Positions 13,101-23,820 of a stretch of 55,860 nt of DNA are shown one piece after another; position 1 is the stretch's first letter; every line of letters begins with the position of its first letter. The position numbers and the translations under genes are program-made. The DNA comes from Alloascoidea hylecoeti (Eukaryota), in NCBI GenBank assembly GCA_001600815.1, contig BCKZ01000034.1:62001-117860 (forward strand), given 5' to 3'. The notes under the pieces were generated by a model that saw only the letters and a program-made list of their open reading frames with translations, made no database searches and had not been told where the DNA came from.

Positions 13101-15069
13101 CAAAGGGAGTTTATTTTTAAGTATAGGACTTATCAGGGAATCCTAATTTGAGTCATAGTTAGTTAGCAAGTTATTATTAGCAGTGTATGGTACAGGGTAA
13201 AAAAACTTACCATTGATCCTTTTCTTAATGCTTCTTTTTTCCGGTAATTTCTGAATTTTGTAAACAATCCATAGCCACTTTTGCTTGTATCAGATTTAAA
13301 TGGAGGTATATTTTTCTGCATAAAATTCTGATAGGGTTGCTCATTTTTATGATCAGAAATCACAACTTGATTAAATTTAGATGATATTGGTGTATTATTA
13401 TTACTAATATGACTAGATTGCAGTGGGGATATATTCTGCAAGTAAAGGAAAAAAAAATCAGTTAGCAGCCATAGATGGTTTTGATTTTAAGTTAACATAC
13501 TCGATCAGGGCATGAATTTGACAATTCAGCAGAATTTATGTTTGAAGTTGTGAGAGGATCAGATTCTGATATGGTAATCTTATAATTAGGCGCCGATATC
13601 GAAGATTCAAGAGCAGCCGTTGCATCGATGAGAGTGGGATCTGAAACTGATCTCGAATGAACAGTTAAAAGGTTGGTTAAAGAGTTATCAAAACTTTCAG
13701 AGAGTTCAAGCGATTTGGATTGAGGACAAGACTTCGATTTGTTTAGTGCCTTCCTCAACAAATGGATGAATTTTGAAGGAGTTATTGAATTATCTTTGAT
13801 GTCAGTGTTATTGGTAAAAATACCAGATGATTTCAAAACCTGGTAGTTGACGAGGGAGGTGAATTTTATGCCAGATAAATTATTCCTACGAAAAGTTTTT
13901 ATCCACTCATCATCAAAGTTATTCTGAAGTAGCCAAATCGATACTCGTTCCTCTGTCCATTCTGTAGGGTCGTTTACATCCCAGGAAGGTGACACATAAG
14001 GTAGTAATTCGAGTTTAGTAGAATTCAGTGTCTTGCTAAAAGATAAATCCGAAGATGTTGATTGGCTTGGAATGAGTTTTAAATCATTATTGATAACTAA
14101 ATCTTCCTTCAGACCACCAAGATTTATAACCGAAGGGGAATTCGAACAGAGAACTATAGGTGTAGAATTGGGAGAAGATTGTATAGATTGAGACCCACTT
14201 GAACTAATCGACTGAGACATATCAGATTTAGATTGCAAATTATGGGATGATAAATTTATAGTAGCAGAAGGTTGACTATTCAAACTAAATGTGTTCGTAG
14301 GCGTACCAGAGCTGGTAGCAGAAAACGAATTGCAATTGATGAATAATTTGGGATTATTTTTGATTGTAGCATTCTCCATAGAATCAAGGGATAATGAAGA
14401 TGATAGTTTGAGACTTTTAGAACTCTTCAATGAATCTGAAGAAATATCTAACGGAATGTCATATTCGGTATTTGTGTTGGTTGTTTTTATGGGGTCAATT
14501 GTATTGCATGAAGGAACAATGGTGATTGAATCTGAGGGTTTCTCTTTTTCAGTTGAAACTTCAACAGAAGGAGTGGGACTAACGCTGGCCACTCCGCCAG
14601 TTCTACTGAAAATTTTATTTTCATTTGCGGACGAATGAATTGTAGACAGAGGAACCTCAGCGTGTTTCTGTTCCCGTTTAATATTAGTCTCAGTTATGGA
14701 AGTTGGAGAAATAGGCGAAGAACGCGAAAAGCAAGAACCTTTATTTTGATGGGCCCCGTCGATAGTATTATCATTCTCTGATCTAGGCTTGATTGAGAAT
14801 TTCTCGAATCGCGAGGTCATTGAATCTGCGTGGGAGGTTGTATTCCTTACACTCGATTCGGTAATATTGTTTGACTTCAATTGACCGGATGGTGCTTTTG
14901 GCATGGCCATTGTTGGATATGGGGAACCTTCTCTGCTCCGCTTTATCATCGATATCTCATTCTGTGGATGACTAAATATAGGAATGTTATCGAAAATGAA
15001 GTTGGGAACTTTGCTGGAGTGCTTTATTTCCTGTTTTGGGACGGTACTCTTATTGTGTCGTCTGGACAT
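10156..15069 (-). CDS. BCK1: Cell-wall-integrity MAP kinase kinase kinase (~1556 aa); exons 15069-13501, 13435-13211, 13142-10521, 10468-10374, 10315-10156
   Basis: Kinase motifs GKGTFG, VKQV, HRDLKADN, DFG and APE; Bck1-typical RRKSTKMWG and GYSAKVDIWSLGC; SAM-like segment WTEERVSIWL. Four GT-AG introns (13436-13500, 13143-13210, 10469-10520, 10316-10373) join the ORF pieces in frame. Confidence 0.93.
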
Positions 15070-15122
15070 TAATATTAATCTTGGTGGACGCAGAGATGCA
15101 CCTGAGAGGTTTGGGAATATAT

Positions 15123-15135
15123 ACTCACGTGATGT
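15123..15135. promoter_or_regulatory. E-box TCACGTGA in the 121-bp BCK1/PHS1 divergent promoter
   Basis: ACTCACGTGATGT; the same 13-mer recurs at 23730. Cbf1/bHLH-type core. Confidence 0.5.
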
Positions 15136-15190
15136 TGGTTTCTATTACATCTTTTCAGTTACAAGTTACAACCACAATCAAAACGTTAAC

Positions 15191-15874
15191 ATGCCACCAA
15201 AAAAGGATTCTGCCATTAAAAACACCGATTCCACTCCGGTTCCAGCCGAAAGCTTGAAATCATTATATCTTGTGCTATATAATAACTCCTCGGCCCTGTT
15301 TTGGGGCTCAATTTTACTCCGAGTAGCTATTTTCCTGCCAATATTGGGGATTGCTGATCTTCACACAAAGCTCTCGGTTTACACTACTTACATCCAATCC
15401 GCTGCCATTTTGGAAATATTTCACTGCTTATTTGGAATTGTTAGATCCCCCGTTGTAACCACTGCTATTCAAGTCTCTTCAAGACTACTTATCGTATGGG
15501 GCATCTTTTATTTACTACCCTTTTCTCCGGCCTTGGCCCACTTTGCTTTTACTTCTCTATTGGTTTCGTGGGGTATTACCGAAGTTATCAGATATTATTT
15601 TTACATGCTAAACGTTAAAAATGGTCAAGTAGCTCAATGGTTGGTATGGCTTCGTTACAATACTTTCTATATTCTCTATCCAACTGGGGTTGCCAGCGAA
15701 ATGACAATTATCTACCTGTCAATAGATGAAGCAATAAATGTTATAGGTGAATGGTATGGTTGGTTGCTTAAGGTAATCTTGCTCATCTATATTCCTGGCT
15801 TCTATGTCATGTACACTCATATGATCAAACAAAGAAGAAAAGCTTTGGGGAAAAATATAAAGAAAACACAATAA
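15191..15874 (+). CDS. PHS1: Very-long-chain 3-hydroxyacyl-CoA dehydratase
   Basis: PTPLA-family motifs YLVLYN, LEIFH..G.VRS, QVSSR, WGITEVIRY, RYNTFYILYPTG.ASE and HMIKQRRK; C-terminal KKTQ ER-retrieval signal. Confidence 0.95.
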   Translation: MPPKKDSAIKNTDSTPVPAESLKSLYLVLYNNSSALFWGSILLRVAIFLPILGIADLHTKLSVYTTYIQSAAILEIFHCLFGIVRSPVVTTAIQVSSRLLIVWGIFYLLPFSPALAHFAFTSLLVSWGITEVIRYYFYMLNVKNGQVAQWLVWLRYNTFYILYPTGVASEMTIIYLSIDEAINVIGEWYGWLLKVILLIYIPGFYVMYTHMIKQRRKALGKNIKKTQ

Positions 15875-16027
15875 GATTAATGTTATGTAAGCTTATATAT
15901 TTATATATATGAAAATCAAGTAAGAATAAAAGTTTAAAATCTAGAAATATTGTAATTGGATAATACCCAAAGGAAATTATTGTACTATGTATATACGGCA
16001 AAAAAAGTAATAACTGCTTTATTTCAT

Positions 16028-17339
16028 TTATACCAAAATGGCGAAAACAGCAAATAGTCCTACTAAAGCACTAGAAATGATATTAGTTGAAGCGGAAGAC
16101 TCATTTTGATCAATAGCTGGGGCAGCTGGATTAGGGGAACTAGGGAAAACCGGAGAAACACTTGGTTTAGCAGGAGCTGGAGCAGGTTCAGTTGGGTTAG
16201 TTGGAGCTGGATCGGTTGGATCGGTTGGAGCTGGAGCTGGAGGAGCAGGAGCAGGACCTGTTGGGTCAGCTGGAGCTGGAGGAGCAGGAGCAGGACCTGT
16301 TGGGTCAGCTGGAGCTGGANNNNNNNNNNNNNNNNNNNNNNNNNNNNNNNNNNNNNNNNNNNNNNNNNNNNNNNNNNNNNNNNNNNNNNNNNNNNNNNNN
16401 NNNNNNNNNNNNNNNNNNNNNNNNNNNNNNNNNNNNNNNNNNNNNNNNNNNNNNNNNNNNNNNNNNNNNNNNNNNNNNNNNNNNNNNNNNNNNNNNNNNN
16501 NNNNNNNNNNNNNNNNNNNNNNNNNNNNNNNNNNNNNNNNNNNNNNNNNNNNNNNNNNNNNNNNNNGGTTCAGTTGGGTTGGCTGGAGCTGGAGGAGCTG
16601 GAGCCGGTTCAGTTGGGTTGGCTGGAGAAGGAGGAGCTGGAGCTGGTTCAGTTGGGTTGGCAGGAGCAGGACCTGTTGGATTGGTTGGCGCTGGTTCGGT
16701 TGGATTGGCTGGCACAGGAACCGAACTTGAAATGGTGACAGTGTCTGTGCTTGTAGATTTATGAGTGATTGTTGAGAGCTCTTTATTATCAGTAACAGTA
16801 ATAAAGATAGAGTCGTGAACAGTAGTTAAATCATGAACAGTTGTGGAAGTAACGATTGTATCCGTACAGTTAAACCCAGTGCATGGAAGAGTAGTAACAT
16901 CAGTGGTACTTAGAACCTGAGTAACTGGACTTGTATATGTAATGGTATTGTTATGAGTTGCAGTGAGAGTTTCAGTAGATGCAAAGGTACTAATCTTTGT
17001 AGTTTCAAAAGTACTAATAGAGGATGTTGTCGTAGTTTCGGTAGTTTTTTCGGTAACAGTAACTGGCTCTGGGGTTGAAATAGGTGTAGGAGTAGGTGTA
17101 GCATGGCAATTATAACTGGTAGTGACAACATGAGTGTTTATAACAGTAGATCCACCAGTCGTAACAGTTTCGGTTAAAACTCCAGTTGTAACACAAGATA
17201 AGAAAACAGTTGCTGTGAACTGTTGAAGCCCTGTGTCTGTAGTTGTCGTCCAAAATGTAAGAGTAACATCTCTTTTATCAAATAATGGCGATGCCATTGC
17301 ACCAGTGGCACAAATAAGGAAATAATTAGAAAGTTTCAT
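16028..17339 (-). CDS. GPI-anchored Thr/Pro-rich cell-wall (adhesin-like) protein spanning an assembly gap
   Basis: Signal peptide MKLSNYFLICATGAMAS followed by KR; Thr-rich region; PAPA(N/D)PT(E/G) repeats on both sides of the N run; hydrophobic C-terminus ...QNESSASTNIISSALVGLFAVFAILV*. Confidence 0.85.
16320..16566. other. Assembly gap (N run) within a coding tandem repeat
   Basis: Run of N flanked by Pro/Ala coding repeats. Confidence 0.99.
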
Positions 17340-18490
17340 TATAAAACGAATTAAGAATAATAATGATTATAAGTTAATGTAAAAGATCAAATGAATGTTC
17401 TGTTTGGAGATTAATTTCAAGAATTCCTGCTTTATATATTGCAACTTATTCTCCATGAATCCATTGCTAGTTCATTCAGGCATAAAGTGTTTCTCTTGGT
17501 CCATTAAGTTCTGTTTATGAAATTAAAAATGCATTTTTCATCTGTTCACCACCTTTTTGGATGAAGAAAGAAACTCTTTTTTTCTAAAATGTTGAAAATA
17601 TGCTTGAGCTTATTAGGGTTTTTATTATTATTAGGTATCGTTTCATATATTATGCAATGTAACTTTAATGCTAATTTGCCTCTACTCCAAATCAATAATA
17701 TAGGCCTACATAATTATATAGCATCTGCATTTTTATCCTCTTTTGTACTCCAGTAGCAAATTAGTAATATGCAGGTGTATCTATGCGCTTACCGAGCGTA
17801 ACTGTACCTAGTACATATAACATAAATTTATAATAATACACATATGCATATAAGAATAAGAAGATGTATTAAATATGGGAGACTAAACAGATAGTTAATC
17901 TGAAAGCTATGTAGATTATAAGTCCAGAAATATTTAATAGTTTTACGACCTGCTGAGATGGCATAATTTGTTTGCCAACTATACATCATGGTGACAAACG
18001 CTAACCTGTATAAGACCTTATAAAGTACCGGTTATTCATTTTTTCACTCCTTCTGTCTGTGTACACAATACACACATAAATAAATCATCTTCTTTTTCTC
18101 CAATACTTATAATTATATGACTTCACACTGTTCACAGTATGCTTATGGAAGAACTGTCTTTTCTATCTATAATTATTATAAGGCCTTATACACATTGGAT
18201 TTGATTGTAATTATAATTATCTGTTCACGTTTAAGTTTAAAATTATGATCATTTCAAGGCTTAAAATACTTTTGATTTCTATACTCTTCTCTTTTGAGAG
18301 ATTAATAGAGAAACATTTCAAAATATTTTCCGAGAGATTTAATGAAAATTTAATGTTTGTAATTTCATCCAGAAGAAATTAAATATTTAAAGAAGACGAT
18401 ATTCCTTCATTAAATTTGATATATTTTTAATTACAGCCATTGATACAATAATTTCATTGATTATAAACGTTAATTATAAGTAAAACAAAA

Positions 18491-18763
18491 ATGAAGCTCT
18501 CAAGTTCAAGTATAATAGGTTATTTAATGGTATTCTGGGTTGGAGGAACTGATGCTCGAAGTACTATCACTCTTACAGCTACAGTTGGTCTAGCTACAAC
18601 TGTTACAGTTACTTCTCCTTGTGATTGTCCTATTCCATCAGGATTTGCCTCCACATCTTCCACAGCAGAAAAAACTATCACTCTCCTTTTTACAAGCTAT
18701 TCCCATGAAGTTTTACAGTCCAGTACAACAACTACATCTATATTGCCAGATCCAACATTCTAA
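18491..18763 (+). CDS. Small secreted Ser/Thr-rich protein (90 aa)
   Basis: A-rich start context AAAACAAAAATG, hydrophobic N-terminus, CDC motif and S/T-rich body. Confidence 0.55.
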   Translation: MKLSSSSIIGYLMVFWVGGTDARSTITLTATVGLATTVTVTSPCDCPIPSGFASTSSTAEKTITLLFTSYSHEVLQSSTTTTSILPDPTF

Positions 18764-19417
18764 GCAAAACAATTAGAATCTAGTAGCTATAATTTATAAT
18801 TATAATTACAGATTTGAAGGTTGACAGAATTAATATTTTAACTAATGCTTTTTAAAAATATCCTCTGTTGTTATATTTCAGTTTTATCTTGTTTTCATAA
18901 TTAGTCTTTCTCCATTTCAGGTGTCATGTTTACGAACATCTATTAGTATTTAAATTTATATTCAGATTTAGAATATTACAATTTATTCTTTCATATAATA
19001 AAAAACATTTCTTTTTATAGATTTGAATGGCGTGGAAGTTATTATTGGCTTACAAGATAATTTCCAAGAACTTGAACCAAGTACTAAGCTCTTCTTCCAT
19101 TGTTCCCATTTCCCTAATATTAACTTTCCAATGATCATTTCTTTTTTCCCATTAGTTTCATCCGATTATGATGATTAACAGCTTTGGATGGTGGGACGTG
19201 TGACAAGTCATATTGAACGTTAACCTTTGAGTTTTTAACTTTAGTTTAGCTGAATGCACTTTTGATTATATAAATAAATTTTCTTTCTTCCCTTTCTTTC
19301 TTAAGTTTTCTAGATTTTAGTTTTATAATTAGTTGTTATCCTTGATATCATTTTAAAAACGCTAATAGGCCCTTCATTATTGACATAGTTTTACTAATCG
19401 TTATACATGCATGTGTA

Positions 19418-19697
19418 CAGTCATATCGAGTGCGGGAGCGTGGTTTTTTTTCCTTTCTTAGACACCTCCCAAAAATAAAAGATTTTATAACTAACCACTA
19501 AATACTCCATAAAGCCCCAAACCATTACTAAAATAGTGCATAGTGTTTCGTAGATTAGAGATTCTATTAGACTATGCACTATTTTAGTAATGGTTTGGGG
19601 CTTTATGGAGTATTTAGTGGTTAGTTATAAAATCTTTTATTTTTGGGAGGTGTCTAAGAAAGGAAAAAAAACCACGCTCCCGCACTCGATATGACTG
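19418..19697. mobile_element. Foldback MITE, Tc1/mariner type (280 bp)
   Basis: Perfect 127-bp inverted arms (19418-19544 and 19571-19697), 26-bp spacer, CAGT...ACTG termini and TA on both sides. Confidence 0.85.
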
Positions 19698-20290
19698 TAC
19701 ATTCTGGATATCGTATTTTAACACATCTGATGTAACCTTTACTTTGCTCTCACTTTTTCTCTTTAAAATATATAGTCAGGTACAAGACTTTCAAAGCTTC
19801 AATATGCAATAATAGCCTTTATTATACTTAAACAGCGCTCCAGGTATATGCACTACTTTTCAAAAAATATATTATTAACATAATTATAACAAAAATAACA
19901 ACAAATCTTACCTCTTTATAGATCTATTGGACTATCCCCCTACGCGATTAAAAAAAAAAATTACGAGTTTCCGGTTTAAACACCCATTTAACAATATTAA
20001 TACTAACCAACATTGAAAAGAATTTAGTGGGAGACCTATATTGTATTCTTTGTATTTATTTTGCTTCTCCTCCACTGGTTATATCTTATTTTATCAGCCA
20101 GCAAAAAGTAGAAAATCTCTTCTATAGGCATATATATTAGGAATCCGTTAGCTTTCAACACAAACAGATCTACGTTGATTGCGAACTAAGTTCAAACTTA
20201 ATACAATATAATAATGTTTTTTTTATCAGAGCAAAAGGCCACTAACTCATACATAGCCTAAAATTAAAGAAGTGAAAGATAATTAGATTA

Positions 20291-20477
20291 TTCGGAAATG
20301 TAATCCTCCAAGTGTCCGATAATTTAGTGATCAAACGTCCGATAATTTAGTGATCAAACGTCCGATTATTAAGCGCTTCAAATGTCCGATTATTTATTGA
20401 TCGAGTGCGATTATTTGGTGATCACATGTCCGAATAATTAGTCCTCCAAGTGTCCGATATTAAGTGAAAATATTGTA
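20291..20477. repeat. Degenerate ~23-bp tandem array (GTCCGATAATTTAGTGATCAAAC-like, 7-8 units)
   Basis: GT(C/G)CGA recurs every 21-24 nt; two adjacent units are identical. Confidence 0.8.
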
Positions 20478-20731
20478 TCTCGATACCGTATTCCACATTA
20501 TCTTTAAAATATGCAACATAAAAAGGTGACTACATAAACATATATAAGTCTTTACAAAGTTAGTCTCATTTCAAAAGGAGATTGCGTTTAGCAATTCTCA
20601 AATATTAATCCAATTAAATACTCCCTAATATAACTGATGATCAATATGATTTAATCCTCAACAGATCATTTTCAATCGAGAATAAGCTCCATATGGTATA
20701 AGCTTATATATAATTCTATATGATTTATGGA

Positions 20732-21579
20732 CTAAAAAATAGAGTTGATGATATTACTTCCTACAGTTGCACCAGCACCAAAAACCGCGGCGTCACCAAA
20801 TTTTTTACCATACTTCTTTGCAGTAGAGTCCTTTTGAGGCTGCTCAACCTGAACTTGCTGTTGTGCTGGAGGTTGGTAATAATTAGTTGAAGGTGGAGGG
20901 AAAGGTTGAGGAGCAGAAAACTGTTGGGGCTGATTTGGAGGGACATACGAAGATTGAGAATAAGCAGGAGGTTGATAAAAATTATTTGGGGGTTGAGACA
21001 CCGAAGAGCCGTAAACATTTGAACGACTAATATCATCAGGAGCAGAAATTATTTTAACATAATTGGATGGAAATATCCCAACTTTTCCGGAAACTTCTCC
21101 ACGCCACCAATCATTATTGACATGTTCAAGAATAGATATCTTATCACCTCTCTTGAGATCCAAATCAGAGGGATCCTGACCTTTATAATCATACATAGCT
21201 TCTGCATAATCCTTGACGTCCTTATTTGGAGTTTGAATTGGCGATTGAACCTGAGCGGGGGGTTGAGGAGCAGAATAAGGGACAATGTTTTGATTTGCAG
21301 TTTTCTTTTCGTTTGCAACAACATTTCGCGAAGAGCCATTATTTAATTCTATGGGACCTATAGGAAGCTGATCTGGAGCGAATCTTCTTGGTATTCTTGA
21401 CTCGATCTGTTGTCTTAGTTCAGGGGATATTACCTCCATCTCTGTGAGAAACTCTAATTCCTGGGGAGCAAATGGGAAACGAATGAGGAGATTAGTAGGG
21501 AATATGTGCTGAGGGGCAAAGAGAAGCTTACATTGTACAATGAGGTCAGAGACCTATTTATGAGGGCTTTCTGGGACAT
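20732..21579 (-). CDS. LSB1: SH3-domain Las17-binding protein (Lsb1/Pin3 family); exons 21579-21532, 21460-20732
   Basis: N-terminus ALINRSLTSLYNELEFL, SH3 domain (EAMYDY...WW.G...GIFPSNYV), PQ-rich region and C-terminal KFGDAAVFGAGATVGSNIINSIF. Intron 21461-21531. Confidence 0.9.
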
Positions 21580-21705
21580 TATGGATTTATATTATGGTGA
21601 AGTAGAGAAGAAGTAGAAATTTAAAAGAGGTTATAAGAGGCAATGCATTAGTGTGTATGTAAGGGTGTACTACTAACTAACTAAGAGAAAAGAAAAAGAA
21701 AAGTA

Positions 21706-22179
21706 TTAAAGAGAGGTTGCAAAACGTTTTGTGTAGTAACGAATCAACGCATTACTAGCAGACTTGTCGCCGCAAGACATGAGGTTTGCCAGGTTCGTGT
21801 TGAGGGGGGACATCGCATCCGCCACGGTGAACAGGGAAATCAAGGCTATCAGGCACGTGTAGATAGTGAACGTAGAAGACCACTGGGTCTTGAGAATGTC
21901 CAAACACACCTCTCCGGTCTTAAGATGGACATTAGGATGGCAAACGGGCGTGATAAACCTCATTATGGGGGGTTCTTTGGGATAGTTGTGCGTGGCCTTG
22001 ATCTGGACTTTCCATTGGCCTCCCTCGTATGGTGTTCCTTCGACCCCGCGTATCACTGCAGACCATTCAAACAGATTTTTGTCATCTGGCACACCCAGAG
22101 ACAGAATGTGGGAGTTTTCGACAGGAGCCTGTCTTCCAAACATGGAGTATTCTCGCTGAAGTCGGTTTTGTGAATTCAT
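21706..22179 (-). CDS. PEX4: Peroxisomal ubiquitin-conjugating enzyme E2
   Basis: UBC motif HPNV..KTGEVCLDILK and Pex4-like C-terminus SPLN..LANL..CGD..A...LIRYY. Confidence 0.8.
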   Translation of the reverse strand: MNSQNRLQREYSMFGRQAPVENSHILSLGVPDDKNLFEWSAVIRGVEGTPYEGGQWKVQIKATHNYPKEPPIMRFITPVCHPNVHLKTGEVCLDILKTQWSSTFTIYTCLIALISLFTVADAMSPLNTNLANLMSCGDKSASNALIRYYTKRFATSL

Positions 22180-22407
22180 TATTAGTATTAATATTAGTAT
22201 CTACAAAAAAGGATTACACTTTCGAGATCAGTTTTTATATGCATGTGTTTGTTTGGCATGTGAAAATAAAATAAATAAATTTACTTTCGAATAAAAACAT
22301 AAAAATAATTATAAATTAGACATAGAAAATACCACAATTGCAACTGCTTTATCTTTATTTTGTTTATCTATAAGATCTTATATTTGATCATGATCTTGAC
22401 CATATAT

Positions 22408-22999
22408 TTAAGCCGAGTTGATACCTTTGGTTGGGGCAGTACGTTTTGGAGTGGTACTAAAGCCTCCATTTTTTAATAACGTCAACAGGGAGAGAACGAG
22501 ACCAGCCAGGAATATGAAAAACGTAAAATATAGGAAAGCAACATCTGCTTGGGCTTTCCGGCATCGGTCTGAACTCCCTTGAATAAGACCATTACCGTCC
22601 AAGTAACTCTGGTTTTTGCACGAATGACAGTGGATTTTAGCTGCAATCGCACTAGCCGCTGCAAACGTGAATACTGTATTAAACAGCTCTAAAAATGTCA
22701 ACACAATAGGGAGCGCTAGTACTGTTATAAAATAGGAGACAAATTGGTAGAAAACTCCAAAAACCAGTCCAAATACAGCAGCAAATATACTATCCAAAAA
22801 ATTATCGACAGTTAATAATATACTCAATTATATTGAAACATCCAATTGCAACCAATTGAGTTCCTCTAACGTACGCAAAATTAACCTGGGGATTGGACTC
22901 ATGTTGTTGAGCTCTTAAACTACCCGATAATCCAAGAATTATAACTAAAAAGGCAAACAACAAAGCTCTGAGTACTCCATCTAAAATTGAGAATGGCAT
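22408..22999 (-). CDS. NCE102: MARVEL-domain eisosome protein; exons 22999-22875, 22789-22408
   Basis: NPQVNFAIFAAVFG, HSC.N..Y and RCRKAQA..AFL.F motifs. Intron 22790-22874 is GTACGT...TAG. Confidence 0.92.
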
Positions 23000-23729
23000 T
23001 TTTGATTTGTGATATTAGGAAACTTGATCAAATACAGCAAAAATCAGACTTTTATATAACAATTAATATATTCAGGTCGCAATGAACTTGTAATTGCTTG
23101 CCGGTTGAGCCGTAATAAAACTAGTATTAACATATTCCATTTATGGTACCAAACTAAGTCATATAAACGTTAATTATGACTGAAATATCTAAAAGGAGTG
23201 ATGTAATAATGCATCTTAGTGATGAATATTTGCAGATATATTCTTGTTTTATTATAGTTATAATAGCAATTCAATTGACTTATACATAGTAGAAATGTAG
23301 CAACTCATCATAGTACATTTGATGTATTATATGTTTAGATGGGTTTTCATCTCTGTAGCTGCACAACTAACAATTTTATAACAATCAATGACTATAACGA
23401 TGAATAAATAAAATTTGTGAGCATTACTGATATTGCAAGAAAATCTAAAACTTCTCTCTATTTTATAATAATTATTAATATGATTTCTAGATATAGGTCA
23501 ATAACACATCAGGAGCTCATGTGCTATACTATTTAGATTTATTGACAAAACATACGTGCACGTTTAAATTTCTGGTCATACACACTCTCATAACAAGTTA
23601 AAAACCAATTCCAATCTTTTTCAATTAATTAAAAAACATGGTGAAATTACTACTATGCCACCATTCAAACTTTATGGCCTAGTTAAACAAATATTAATAT
23701 TGCTCCAAACTTTTCATCAGAAATAATTC

Positions 23730-23742
23730 ACTCACGTGATGT
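23730..23742. promoter_or_regulatory. E-box TCACGTGA upstream of the TCD gene
   Basis: ACTCACGTGATGT about 80 bp before ATG 23821. Confidence 0.45.
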
Positions 23743-23820
23743 CGAGATCTTGATGATTCTGACAAAACTTTTTCATTAATATTTACTACTTTATTTATTC
23801 ACAAACGTTATGATTAGAAA

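Noticed and set aside
14984..15190. Longer PHS1 ORF starting at 14984
   Set aside because: It overlaps the BCK1 start antisense, and family similarity begins only after ATG 15191.
16106..16764. Plus-strand ORFs across the N gap
   Set aside because: Antisense shadows of the Pro/Ala repeat, kept open by Ns.
20291..20477. CRISPR-like array
   Set aside because: Units are contiguous degenerate copies without unique spacers; eukaryotic context and no cas genes.
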